Part shown: one piece after another, positions 9,832 to 18,842 of the stretch
Position numbering within the stretch: position 1 is the first letter of the stretch
Layout: each line of letters opens with the position of its first letter
DNA from: an uncultured Pirellulaceae bacterium
GTDB lineage: Bacteria > Planctomycetota > Planctomycetia > Pirellulales > Pirellulaceae
Assembly: GCA_964408465.1 (NCBI GenBank)
Contig: CAYOZV010000009.1
Coordinates: 1 to 45,752 of the forward strand
Reading direction: 5' to 3'
Length of the DNA: 45,752 nt
The notes under the pieces: model-generated
Told to the model about the DNA's origin: nothing
What the model saw: only the letters and a program-made list of their open reading frames with translations
The model's database searches: none
Translations under genes and position numbers: made by a program

Positions 9832-11106
9832 TTGTTTTTTTCCCGCGATTCGAAATCGACTAAATCTACGGAACATCGTCGGACGCAGCGGGCTAATTTT
9901 ATTCGTTTATCCGCGTATCAAGTGTTAATGCGGATCGGGTGGATGTTCAAAACAGAGAGCATCATCATGCCGGCCTTCATGGATTTGATTGGCGGTGCGA
10001 GTTGGCAGCGCGGCTGTTTGCCGATGCTAAATCGTTTGGGCCAGTCGATTCCACCGTTGTTGTTTTCGGATCGGATTCGTAATGTCCAATTGAAAAAGAA
10101 CGCGCTGTGCCTGTGGACGACGATGGCCGGAAGTTGCTTTGTCTTTTTGGCTTTCTGCTGGTGGGGCACCGGGGGGCAGAACCGAGTTTGGTGGCCTTGG
10201 TTGTTTTTAACGGTGTACGCGATTTTCTTTGTCGTTTCCGGCGTCAATCAATTGTTGTTTAATACGCTGATGGGAAAACTGATCGTCGCTCAGCAGCGCG
10301 GGAGACTGGCTGCCGCGGGGAGCTTGATCAGTGGCGTCGCGTTCACGGGGCTCGCCTTCGCGCTGCTGCAGCCTTGGTTGGAGTCAACGCCGCCTCGGTT
10401 CGGTTTGATTTTCGGGACCGCAGGTTTGGCGATGATTGGTTCCGTCGGGATTGCCCGGTGGTTCATCGAAGCCCCGGACGTCGAGCAAAGCAATTTGCGG
10501 ACGGGCATCGAGATCATTGCCAACGCGCGGAGAATTGTCATTCAGGATCGAAACTTCTGTTTGCTTGCGATTGCGGGTGCGATGTTTGGGATGTCGATTA
10601 CTTTGTCACCGCACTACCAGGCCATCGCGCGCGAAAAATTGGCCACCGGTTATCAAACGTTGCTGTATTGGATTGTGGCCCAGCAGGCGGGAGCGGCGTT
10701 GCTGAGCGTGCCGGCGGGGTGGTACGCAGATCGCTTTGGTAATCGAAGCATCTTGCGAGTTTTGATGGGGCTTTTGTGTGTCGCGCCGACGATGTTGATC
10801 GTGTTGCAATGGTTTGATTCGCCGTGGCAGATCTTCTATTTGGTGATTTTCTTTTTGCTGGGGCTGATGCCATTGGTGTTTCGGTTTTTCAATAACTATG
10901 CGCTCGAAATTACTTCACCTGAAAACCACCCCGCTTATCTTAGTACGATCAGCTGTTGCATTTCGTTACCCGTGATCGTGTCGTCACTGTTGGTGGGGTG
11001 GCTGATCGACGCAATGGGTCTGACTGTCGTGTTCGGGGGCGTGTTGGCATTGTTACTGATAGGCTGGGCCGCGACGTTTTTATTGGCGGAGCCACGCGAT
11101 GTTTAG
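9832..11106 (+). CDS. MFS transporter
   Basis: About 12 hydrophobic segments and motif GWYADRFGNR. Start uncertain: ORF open from 9652, TTG 9832 chosen. Confidence 0.82.
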   Translation: MFFSRDSKSTKSTEHRRTQRANFIRLSAYQVLMRIGWMFKTESIIMPAFMDLIGGASWQRGCLPMLNRLGQSIPPLLFSDRIRNVQLKKNALCLWTTMAGSCFVFLAFCWWGTGGQNRVWWPWLFLTVYAIFFVVSGVNQLLFNTLMGKLIVAQQRGRLAAAGSLISGVAFTGLAFALLQPWLESTPPRFGLIFGTAGLAMIGSVGIARWFIEAPDVEQSNLRTGIEIIANARRIVIQDRNFCLLAIAGAMFGMSITLSPHYQAIAREKLATGYQTLLYWIVAQQAGAALLSVPAGWYADRFGNRSILRVLMGLLCVAPTMLIVLQWFDSPWQIFYLVIFFLLGLMPLVFRFFNNYALEITSPENHPAYLSTISCCISLPVIVSSLLVGWLIDAMGLTVVFGGVLALLLIGWAATFLLAEPRDV

Positions 11107-11322
11107 GGGGGATTTAGGCCGCCGGAAAATGCTACCTGGTATTTCCAAGGGCCTAATTTCAGTTGGTTTTGTGAAGAGGAGCCGTGATGGCCGGTGGGAA
11201 TCGCATGACTGTGTGAAAGGATGGCCTGGGGGAGCATCTTGCGCTCCCAGATGATCTGGTTACTGGGTCAGTGATTGGATAGACTTTTATTGTCTTTGTG
11301 AATCATTTATCTGGAGCTTGAT

Positions 11323-12204
11323 ATGTACCGATTATCCGTGGTGGTTGTGGGCGTCGTGATGTTTTTGAACGTGTTGTCTGCACCAGCTGCGTCGCAGGAA
11401 ATCGCTGGAGTGAAATGCGTCGTTGAAGGCGATCGCAATGCACGGGAGCAGTTCAAAGCCGCACATGCCGATGGCGAAGTTTATTTTTGCTGCCGGGGAT
11501 GCGCGGCGGCGTTCATGGCTGATAGTTCCGATTATCAAACCCGCGCCAATCATCAACTGGTGGTGACTCAGCAATACACGCAGACGGCCTGTCCAATCGG
11601 GGGCGAAGCGTTCGATGTTCAGCAAACGGCAAACGTTGGTGGCGTCGAGGTCGCGTTTTGCTGTGAGAAATGTAGAGCTCAAGTCGAATCGGCGGCCGAA
11701 TTACCAACAAAGGCCGCTTTGGTTTTTGGACCTGCGGCCTTCAAACGGGGCTTTGCCGAATCTAAATCAGCTTCAGCGGCGATGGATCTAAGCAAAGTGA
11801 AATGCTTGGTGGACCCGAAGCGTTTGGTGAAGGAGAAATTTGCTGCGGATCATCGTGACGGAAGAATCTTTTTCTGTTGCCAAGGATGTTTGCAGGCATT
11901 TCAAGCTGAGCCAAGTAAATTTTCGGTCCAGGCGAACATGCAATTGGTTTCGACAAAGCAGTACCAGCAGACGGGGTGTCCTCTGACCGACGGAGACGCC
12001 GACGCTTCAAAAACGATATCCATCCAAGGACACGAAGTCGCGTTCTGCTGCGGTGGTTGCCAAGCAAAGGTGGAATCGGCCGACGAAAAAGATCGAGCCG
12101 CGATGGTCTTTGAAGGCGACGCATTTGAGAGGGCGTTTTCCAAAGTCGGGAAAACCGAATCAAAAGAGGATATGGTCGCGCCTGAAGAATTGGCTGCGCC
12201 TTGA
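11323..12204 (+). CDS. Exported protein with four YHS/TRASH-like Cys motifs in two tandem repeats
   Basis: Signal peptide; C...FCCxxC four times; two ~120-aa repeats; GGAG RBS. Confidence 0.82.
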   Translation: MYRLSVVVVGVVMFLNVLSAPAASQEIAGVKCVVEGDRNAREQFKAAHADGEVYFCCRGCAAAFMADSSDYQTRANHQLVVTQQYTQTACPIGGEAFDVQQTANVGGVEVAFCCEKCRAQVESAAELPTKAALVFGPAAFKRGFAESKSASAAMDLSKVKCLVDPKRLVKEKFAADHRDGRIFFCCQGCLQAFQAEPSKFSVQANMQLVSTKQYQQTGCPLTDGDADASKTISIQGHEVAFCCGGCQAKVESADEKDRAAMVFEGDAFERAFSKVGKTESKEDMVAPEELAAP

Positions 12205-12312
12205 TGCCTTTGATGCCCTTGAGAGTTGGAACGCTAATTTGATGTTCCGCAGCTGGCCGAGAAACGTCATACTGCCAACGAAATTGATGAAGCGTTTCCC
12301 ATGGACGGTAAA

Positions 12313-13542
12313 ATGAGAATTTTCTTTTCGGTTGGCGAACCCAGCGGCGACCTGCACGGCGCTAACTTAATCAGGCGTATGAAGACCGAGCATCCCGACG
12401 CCCACTACGTTGGCTATGGCGGACCGAAGATGGCGGAGGCCGGTTGCGACGTGCATTACGACCTGACCCAGCATGCCATCATGTTTATCTGGGACGCGAT
12501 CAAGCAATTACGATTTTTTTTCGGGCTGGTTGATCGCGCGGATGAGTATTTTGCTCGGGAGCAAGTCGATGCGGTCGTGTTGATTGACTATCCAGGGTTC
12601 AATTGGTGGATCGCCAAAAAAGCGAAACGGCGCGGCATTCCTGTTTTCTATTATGGCGTGCCCCAGATGTGGGCTTGGGCTCCGTGGCGGGTTCGGAAGA
12701 TCCGAAAATACGTCGATCATGTTCTGTGTAAGCTGCCGTTTGAAGTCCAGTGGTTTAAACAGCGTAATTGTCATGCGACTTATGTGGGCCATCCGTACTT
12801 CGATCAATTGGAGCGTCAAAAATACGACGAATCATTTCTGGAGACGGTGAAATCCGAAGCGCTAGTGACGTTATTGCCTGGATCACGCGACCGAGAAGTC
12901 AAAAACAATTTCCCGACGCTCATCGCAGCTGCGGGACTGGTGGCACAAGAGTGTCCGCAGGCTGAATTTGCGGTCGCTTGCTTTAATCAACGCCAAAAAG
13001 AAATGGCCGAAGTCCTCTTGGAAGAGGAACGTCAAACGCGCACCGCAGGAGGCCTGCCACTACCGGAAATACGATTACATGTGGGGCGCACGCCCGAATT
13101 GATGGTCGCCGCCCGCGCGTGCGTGGCGTGCAGTGGTTCTGTATCGATGGAACTTTTGCATCACCGCAAACCCACGGTGATTGTCTATAAGGTGAAACGC
13201 TGGATCATGGCAGCGCAGGGGATTCTGATGCGTACCAAATTCATCACGTTGGTGAATTTGATCGCGGCCACTGATATTCGCAAGAAGACGTGGGCGCCGT
13301 TTGATCCCGAGCGTTATCCTGACGATGCGATCATGCCGGAGTACATGACCACCGGCGACGCTTCGCAAAAAGTTGCCAACCATGTTGTGGGCTGGTTGAA
13401 AGACGAAGACCGTTTCAATGCAAAAGTCGCGCAGTTGGATGCGGTGGCAAATCAATATGCGATTTCTGGCGCTACCTCTCGGGCGGCGGACTACATCCTC
13501 AGTAAGCTACCCCAACATTCTGGGGTGTCCAAAGCGGCTTAG
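12313..13542 (+). CDS. lpxB: Lipid-A-disaccharide synthase
   Basis: GEPSGDLHGA, LIDYPGFN, PQMWAW, LPFE, YVGHP, LLPGSR and CSGSVSMEL motifs. Confidence 0.96.
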   Translation: MRIFFSVGEPSGDLHGANLIRRMKTEHPDAHYVGYGGPKMAEAGCDVHYDLTQHAIMFIWDAIKQLRFFFGLVDRADEYFAREQVDAVVLIDYPGFNWWIAKKAKRRGIPVFYYGVPQMWAWAPWRVRKIRKYVDHVLCKLPFEVQWFKQRNCHATYVGHPYFDQLERQKYDESFLETVKSEALVTLLPGSRDREVKNNFPTLIAAAGLVAQECPQAEFAVACFNQRQKEMAEVLLEEERQTRTAGGLPLPEIRLHVGRTPELMVAARACVACSGSVSMELLHHRKPTVIVYKVKRWIMAAQGILMRTKFITLVNLIAATDIRKKTWAPFDPERYPDDAIMPEYMTTGDASQKVANHVVGWLKDEDRFNAKVAQLDAVANQYAISGATSRAADYILSKLPQHSGVSKAA

Positions 13543-13685
13543 GAAATGACGACGCCCTGATCACAATCGGGGCGATGGTCATTGTGGCGCACGGTAGTGG
13601 GAAGCCCCCGCTACGAACGGTTGAGCATTGGCGTTAAGATTGTGGTTCGCAAAATAGTGAATCGACAATCTTTTAGGGGCCAATT

Positions 13686-14441
13686 GTGTTACTTGGTGAA
13701 CCGGGCACAACAGAATTCGACTTTAGTTTTAGCATCCTTGGATTTGATGTCCGAGTGCATCCTGGTTTCTTTCTCATCAGCGTCTTGTTTGGAAACGGAT
13801 TAGTAAGCGGACCTGAAATCAACACGGGAGTCGGTGTGTTGATGGGAATCGGAATCTTCTTTGTTTCGATTCTGGTGCATGAGCTTGGCCATTCGTTGGC
13901 GTTTCGTCGTTTTGGTATCCATTCAAGGATCGTGTTGCACTGGATGGGCGGGTTAGCGATTCCCGATCAGGGAATCGGGCGGCGGCAGGGAAGGCTCAAT
14001 AACTATCAAGCCATCATTGTCTCCCTGGCGGGGCCGGTCGCGGGTTTGTTGTTGGGGGGCCTGTTGATTCTGGTCGCCGGCCAAATTCAACCGGAAATTC
14101 CTCGAAGCTATATCTTTGGAGTGGTGCCTTATGTTGAAGCTGCGTTTTGTTCGCTTCCATTGGCGGTGCTTTACGGAGGAGTACTGGTAAACATCTTTCT
14201 TAATATCATTAACTTGGTTCCCATCTTTCCGCTGGACGGCGGGCAGGTCAGTCGTAACCTCCTTGAGATAGTTGATCCCAGAGATGGCACACGTAAGGCC
14301 TTAATTCTTTCGATGGGAGTTGCGATTTTGTGTGGCGCGCTAGGTTATCAAAATCACCAAATTTACATCGCCATTTTCTGTTTCTATATGGCGTATCAAA
14401 ACTACCAGATGCTTAATTTTAGCGGCGGACGTCGTTGGTGA
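13686..14441 (+). CDS. Site-2 protease (peptidase M50) family protein
   Basis: HELGH zinc motif, SLAGP and NLVPIFPLDGG; multiple TM helices. Confidence 0.92.
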   Translation: MLLGEPGTTEFDFSFSILGFDVRVHPGFFLISVLFGNGLVSGPEINTGVGVLMGIGIFFVSILVHELGHSLAFRRFGIHSRIVLHWMGGLAIPDQGIGRRQGRLNNYQAIIVSLAGPVAGLLLGGLLILVAGQIQPEIPRSYIFGVVPYVEAAFCSLPLAVLYGGVLVNIFLNIINLVPIFPLDGGQVSRNLLEIVDPRDGTRKALILSMGVAILCGALGYQNHQIYIAIFCFYMAYQNYQMLNFSGGRRW

Positions 14442-15222
14442 TGCGAGTTGAAGGTTGGCGTTATAGGAATCGTTAGTCGTTGTCGTTTTCTAAACCGTGT
14501 TGTGTGCGATGCAAACAAAATAGGTTTCGTTGGACTGCAAACGGTTTGAAACGGTTTGCAGGGTTTGCAACGAAAACAAAAATAGAAGTTTCGTCCTGTC
14601 TTAAAAAGTGTAAAGCATGGTGAAAGCGCGTGTTTTGGTTGTTGTTTAAGAAAAAAAAACGAAAAAATATTGAGCACCAAATTCTTATCTAGTTTGCGAT
14701 CGCCAAATACAAAACTTAAACGATAAGGGATTCCATTCTTATTGCAGCGCGCTCACAAAACGTTTCTAAACGTTCGATGTTGCCTCTTCGCGCGGGCAAA
14801 TCTCGGTTGCCCGACATGCGCGACAGGCGTTATTACTTTTGATGGTTCAATTTCGTTTCGCAATGTGCATCAAAGGTACCCATGGGGCGAAAAGATAGCT
14901 TTTTGCCGCCATATGTCGAGTTTTTGATAGACACTGGCGTTAATCTGCGGCCATCAATTTGAGCTTTGTTTTAACGACCTGCGTATCCGCGGCAACCTTG
15001 GACGCACTTTTCGCATGACGTAAGGAGCTTCATGGAAACCTCCAAAATAATTTACTGTTCGTTGCAGTTGAAGTTGGCGGTTCGATTTACACTTGCCTGT
15101 CGTTTTTGCAACCGTGAGTTAGGTAAGCGAAATTAAATCAGAGCGCAGAAGAAAAAAATTTACAAAAGGTGCAAAACAATATTGAAAAGTTCTGGCGGTT
15201 CTCTAAAACTTAAATCGTTGTC

Positions 15223-15396
15223 AACCTGTCGGTGGAAGCATTGTGCTTACATCATCACCAATGAAGGTGTGTTGAACAGGTTTTTCATTCGAATCACAAA
15301 CTGTGATTTATTTTCGAATGGCGAGTGAGTCATCAAGGCTTTGACGTAAAGCCAGACCGGACTCCCTCTCCACGGTCTAATAACGGAGGACGTCCT
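15223..15396 (+). promoter_or_regulatory. Candidate structured 5' leader of the Lys-rich protein gene
   Basis: Contiguous stems: AACCTGT/ACAGGTT, AAGCA/TGCTT, CACC/GGTG, CATTCGAA/TTCGAATG, TCACA/TGTGA, GGCTTT/AAAGCC, AGACCG/CGGTCT. Possible TTGAAA -35 at 15182. Confidence 0.45.
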
Positions 15397-15558
15397 GTGG
15401 CCAAGAAGAAAGCTAAGAAGAAAGTTACTAAAAAGAAAAAGGCGAAAAAGAAAGTAGCCAAGAAAAAAGTAGCTAAGAAGAAGGCTAAGAAAAAAGTAGC
15501 CAAGAAGAAGGCTGCTAAGAAGAAGACCAAGAAGAAAGTAGCCAAGAAGAAAAAGTAA
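15397..15558 (+). CDS. Small lysine-rich histone-H1-like basic protein (53 aa)
   Basis: GGAGG RBS before GTG 15397; MAKKKAKKKVTKKKK...; 35 of 53 residues Lys; own terminator. Confidence 0.8.
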   Translation: MAKKKAKKKVTKKKKAKKKVAKKKVAKKKAKKKVAKKKAAKKKTKKKVAKKKK

Positions 15559-15595
15559 GTTCCGACTTACTAATCTTTCATTGAAACAACGAGAA

Positions 15596-15631
15596 AGGGC
15601 CGCCAGTCAAAACTGGCGGCCCTAATTTTTT
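15596..15631 (+). terminator. Intrinsic terminator
   Basis: AGGGCCGCCAGT-caaa-ACTGGCGGCCCT, a perfect 12-bp stem followed by AATTTTTT. Confidence 0.88.
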
Positions 15632-15736
15632 GCACCTCGAGAAGCGCCGATTCTCACCGGACGCCCCGTGACGAATAACGACCGGTAGCAGCGGCTTATG
15701 TGCTCCAGCCACGACCACTTTCAAAAATGGGAAAAC

Positions 15737-16810
15737 CTACAGCACAGGTAATTGCGGTTGAACGGGTTCCTTGGCCACCTTTTCAGCCAAGCACTTTGTC
15801 AGCTCAAACGCGATCTTCTCTAAATAGGGCGCTATTTCGGCGTCTTCGAAGTTGTCGGACATTTTGCCCGCATCGCCACGCTCACGAAGCTGAATGTTGA
15901 TGGGGATCTCTCCAAGGAATGGAATTTTATCTTGGGCCGCGTATTCCTTGGCGCCACCTTTGCCAAAAATGTCGTAGCTCTTTCCATTGTCGGGGCAGAT
16001 GAAGCTGCTCATGTTTTCAATCAAGCCCAGCACAGGAATTTTAACTTTGCGAAACATCCCGACCGCTTTGATCGCGTCAATCAAGGCGACCTCTTGCGGC
16101 GTGCAAACAATCACGGCACCGGTCAACGGCAACATCTGAGAAAGACTCAGGGCAATGTCACCGGTGCCAGGCGGCATGTCGATGATCAAGTAATCCAGTT
16201 CACCCCAATCGGTGTCACGCACAAAAGTTGTGACCGCTGAGTGTAGCATTGGCCCGCGCCAGATAACGGCTTCTCCCGGCGGTATCATAAATCCGATGCT
16301 CATCACGGGAATACCAGCGGCATTCAACGGAACGATTTTATTGCCCTCTTTGGTAACCTGTCCGCGCGTGCCGGTCAGATGGGGAAGACTTGGCCCGTAG
16401 ACGTCTGCGTCCAATAGACCGACCGAGCAACCGGCCTTCTTGAGCCCCATCGCCAGACTGACCGCAGCGGTGCTCTTGCCCACGCCGCCCTTTCCGGCGG
16501 CGATTGCGATGACGGCCTTGGCCTTAAGGCCGACCTGTCCCAGTGGCGTCGCCGCGCGATGATAGTCGGAGATTTCGACCGCTATTTTATGATCCGAAAA
16601 TGCAGAAGTTAAATGGTCGGTAACCTGCTGTTGAAAATGATCTTTGATCGGCAATGCAAACGTCGTGATACCAACATTGGCTTTAATAGTGTCTCCGTCG
16701 ACTTCCACCGATTTGATTTGTTTCGACAGCGGTCGTCCTGATTCTGGGTCTGGAATTTGACGCAGGGATTCGTGGACAGATTTAATAAGTTCGTCTGACA
16801 TAGTTTTCAT
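15737..16810 (-). CDS. mrp: Mrp/NBP35 (ApbC) Fe-S cluster carrier ATPase
   Basis: N-terminal DPE domain, GKGGVGKST, DADVYGPS, WRGPM, DMPPGTGD and ENMS-F-CP motifs. Alternative start at 16801. Confidence 0.95.
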   Translation of the reverse strand: MKTMSDELIKSVHESLRQIPDPESGRPLSKQIKSVEVDGDTIKANVGITTFALPIKDHFQQQVTDHLTSAFSDHKIAVEISDYHRAATPLGQVGLKAKAVIAIAAGKGGVGKSTAAVSLAMGLKKAGCSVGLLDADVYGPSLPHLTGTRGQVTKEGNKIVPLNAAGIPVMSIGFMIPPGEAVIWRGPMLHSAVTTFVRDTDWGELDYLIIDMPPGTGDIALSLSQMLPLTGAVIVCTPQEVALIDAIKAVGMFRKVKIPVLGLIENMSSFICPDNGKSYDIFGKGGAKEYAAQDKIPFLGEIPINIQLRERGDAGKMSDNFEDAEIAPYLEKIAFELTKCLAEKVAKEPVQPQLPVL

Positions 16811-16828
16811 TCTTAAATGGGAAACTTC

Positions 16829-17278
16829 TTAGGCCCAAGGCAGCTTTCGCTTGATTTCGCTTTCGAGGCTTTCTTGAGGGCCTTGGTAGATTTGGTTGTG
16901 CCGCTTGATCATATTGGCCAGCCTTTTCAGGTCTGCCGGTGCATAGAACACCTCCGCAATCCCCAAACTCCGCAGGCTGTTTTCAGCTGACCGGATCTGC
17001 GTGTCACCGACAACGAAAATTCGTCTGACTGGCCACAAGAGAGGCTGTAGTTTGCTGAAATGGGTTGATCGCGAGGCTGGTAATTCGATCACAATCGCCG
17101 CCTGCGGAGACTCGATAGCTTCGGCGACTAGATCCTTCTCGTCCAGTGCCCAAACGGTGGGGCAATCAAAATTGGCTCGTTTTAGCGCCGATTGCCATGC
17201 CCAAGAGTGGGCCAGAATTAGCACTGGCGATGACGAAGGGCCGTTCGTTGGCCCCGAACCTTTTTGGTGACTACTCAT
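16829..17278 (-). CDS. Hypothetical protein, possible degenerate receiver-like fold
   Basis: The ATG at 17278 overlaps the upstream stop; alternating beta/alpha pattern (VLIL, AIVIE, IFVVG, GIAEVF-xP). Confidence 0.65.
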   Translation of the reverse strand: MSSHQKGSGPTNGPSSSPVLILAHSWAWQSALKRANFDCPTVWALDEKDLVAEAIESPQAAIVIELPASRSTHFSKLQPLLWPVRRIFVVGDTQIRSAENSLRSLGIAEVFYAPADLKRLANMIKRHNQIYQGPQESLESEIKRKLPWA

Positions 17279-18839
17279 CGGCTTCTTCAAATAGGGGTTC
17301 GTCCAGTGGACGGAAGTCGTCAGCCGAAAGACCGGCGTCAGGTTGGTCCTCAGCGGCGGAGACGACGGGTTGTTCGAGTTCAAAATGCTGAATTCGCCGC
17401 AGAAGTTTCGCCCGGCTCACTCCTAGCAATTTAGCCGCTTTGGTTTTATTGCCTTTTGCCATTTGCAACGCTCGATCGACCAATTGCCGTTCGATGTCTG
17501 AAAGATAGTTTTCTAACTTGATTTCGATGATTTCATTGGGCGGCGATTTGAGGGCTGCGATTGCAAAGCGAAATTTCTCCGGAAGGTCTTTGGCGTCAAT
17601 TTCATTCCCTTGGCAATTGTTTGATGCCGCTTGCATAACTGACGTAAGTTCGGCCAAATCGCCCGGCCAATAATACTGAGTCATCATCTGCATCGCCGCC
17701 GCGGTCAGTCCGCTTAGTTGAATATGGCGATCCACGTTACAGCGTTCGATTTCGTATTGGATCAGCAACGGCAGGTCGCCAAGGTGTTGCTCGAGGGCGA
17801 TGGTGTGCATCGTTTGCGTCGTCAGCAGGTGTGCGAGACCTGGATGGTAGCTGGCGGTTTGGACGCATTCGATCAAATCACGTTCGGCGGTGGCCAAAAT
17901 TCGCAGACGCGTATCTGGCGATTGCAGAATCGACCACAGTTCGGCCTGCGTCGGGGCGTCGAGCTGATCAGCGTCAAGGATCAGCAACGCGGCGAGCGTT
18001 TTGTCGGTGCGGCTGTCATTCTCCAGTGCTCGTTGAGTCGCAAGATCGTTGGCTTGGGCAACGCACGACTGGACAAGTTCGCAGTCTGCGACATAACCAT
18101 GAAGCGTGACGAGGTCACCTTCTTCGACGACTGCTGCAGTCGATCCGCGGCGTTGGTGGGCTATCATCCGCGCCAGTTGTTCGCGACCGGAACCCGCCGG
18201 ACCGACAATCGTGAATTCGAAAGCGTGCTGAGAGGCGGCTTGGACTTGTTTTTGTAATCTCAGGACGTACTGGCTGTTGCCGATCAGAGCGTTGCACCGA
18301 TGCCAATCTTTATTCACGGCCGCCAGTTGCCTCAAGATGGCGTGCAGCTTGGTCACTTGATCGCGGCTCTGGGCGGCGGTGGCCGATTCTGTATGCGGTG
18401 CTGCTGCAACGACGGCTAAGATGTATCGTTGATCCTGACCTGCGTTGATGAACGAAAAATTAGCGTAGGTCGTTTGCGTCGTTGGGTTCAGGCCATCATT
18501 TGAAGCGCTGGGATCACTTGGATCGCTTTGCAGCGCCCCAGCAGTCGATACCGCGGCGGTGAACGCTCGGTCGCCGGCGGCCAGCTTCGGCGGCGGCGAC
18601 AATCCGCTCAGTTGCCGTTGTTCCGGGGATAGGTCGAGGCTATTTGAGTAAACCAGTCGGGTGCCGATCAAAGCCTGGGCCGTTTCGCCGGCGGAGATGT
18701 TCTCTGACGTTACTCCGATCCATTGAAAGAAAGCAGGGTTGCCGTAAGCCAAGCACTGGTGGCTATCGATGAGGTAAACAGGGCTGTCCGATTTTTCAAG
18801 GACTTTGGTCAGCGCCGTTTTGAATCGTGTTTTGGCCAT
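17271..18839 (-). CDS. PAS-like + degenerate sigma54-activator AAA+ + Fis-type HTH regulator
   Basis: LIGNS, GPAGSGRE, RILAT and WPGD motifs; C-terminal ALQMAKGNKTKAAKLLGVSRAKLLRRI. No GAFTGA. Confidence 0.88.
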   Translation of the reverse strand: MAKTRFKTALTKVLEKSDSPVYLIDSHQCLAYGNPAFFQWIGVTSENISAGETAQALIGTRLVYSNSLDLSPEQRQLSGLSPPPKLAAGDRAFTAAVSTAGALQSDPSDPSASNDGLNPTTQTTYANFSFINAGQDQRYILAVVAAAPHTESATAAQSRDQVTKLHAILRQLAAVNKDWHRCNALIGNSQYVLRLQKQVQAASQHAFEFTIVGPAGSGREQLARMIAHQRRGSTAAVVEEGDLVTLHGYVADCELVQSCVAQANDLATQRALENDSRTDKTLAALLILDADQLDAPTQAELWSILQSPDTRLRILATAERDLIECVQTASYHPGLAHLLTTQTMHTIALEQHLGDLPLLIQYEIERCNVDRHIQLSGLTAAAMQMMTQYYWPGDLAELTSVMQAASNNCQGNEIDAKDLPEKFRFAIAALKSPPNEIIEIKLENYLSDIERQLVDRALQMAKGNKTKAAKLLGVSRAKLLRRIQHFELEQPVVSAAEDQPDAGLSADDFRPLDEPLFEEADE

Positions 18840-18842
18840 TGA

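Noticed and set aside
14402-14927. Short ORFs in the long AT-rich gap
   Set aside because: Low-complexity translations with non-ATG starts and no RBS.
15325-15396. Longer N-terminus for the Lys-rich ORF
   Set aside because: The GGAGG RBS sits directly before GTG 15397, and the extension overlaps the structured leader.
15333-15545. Antisense ORF with FFL/ATFF repeats resembling a membrane peptide
   Set aside because: It is the mirror of the lysine codons; the RBS and terminator support the + strand gene.
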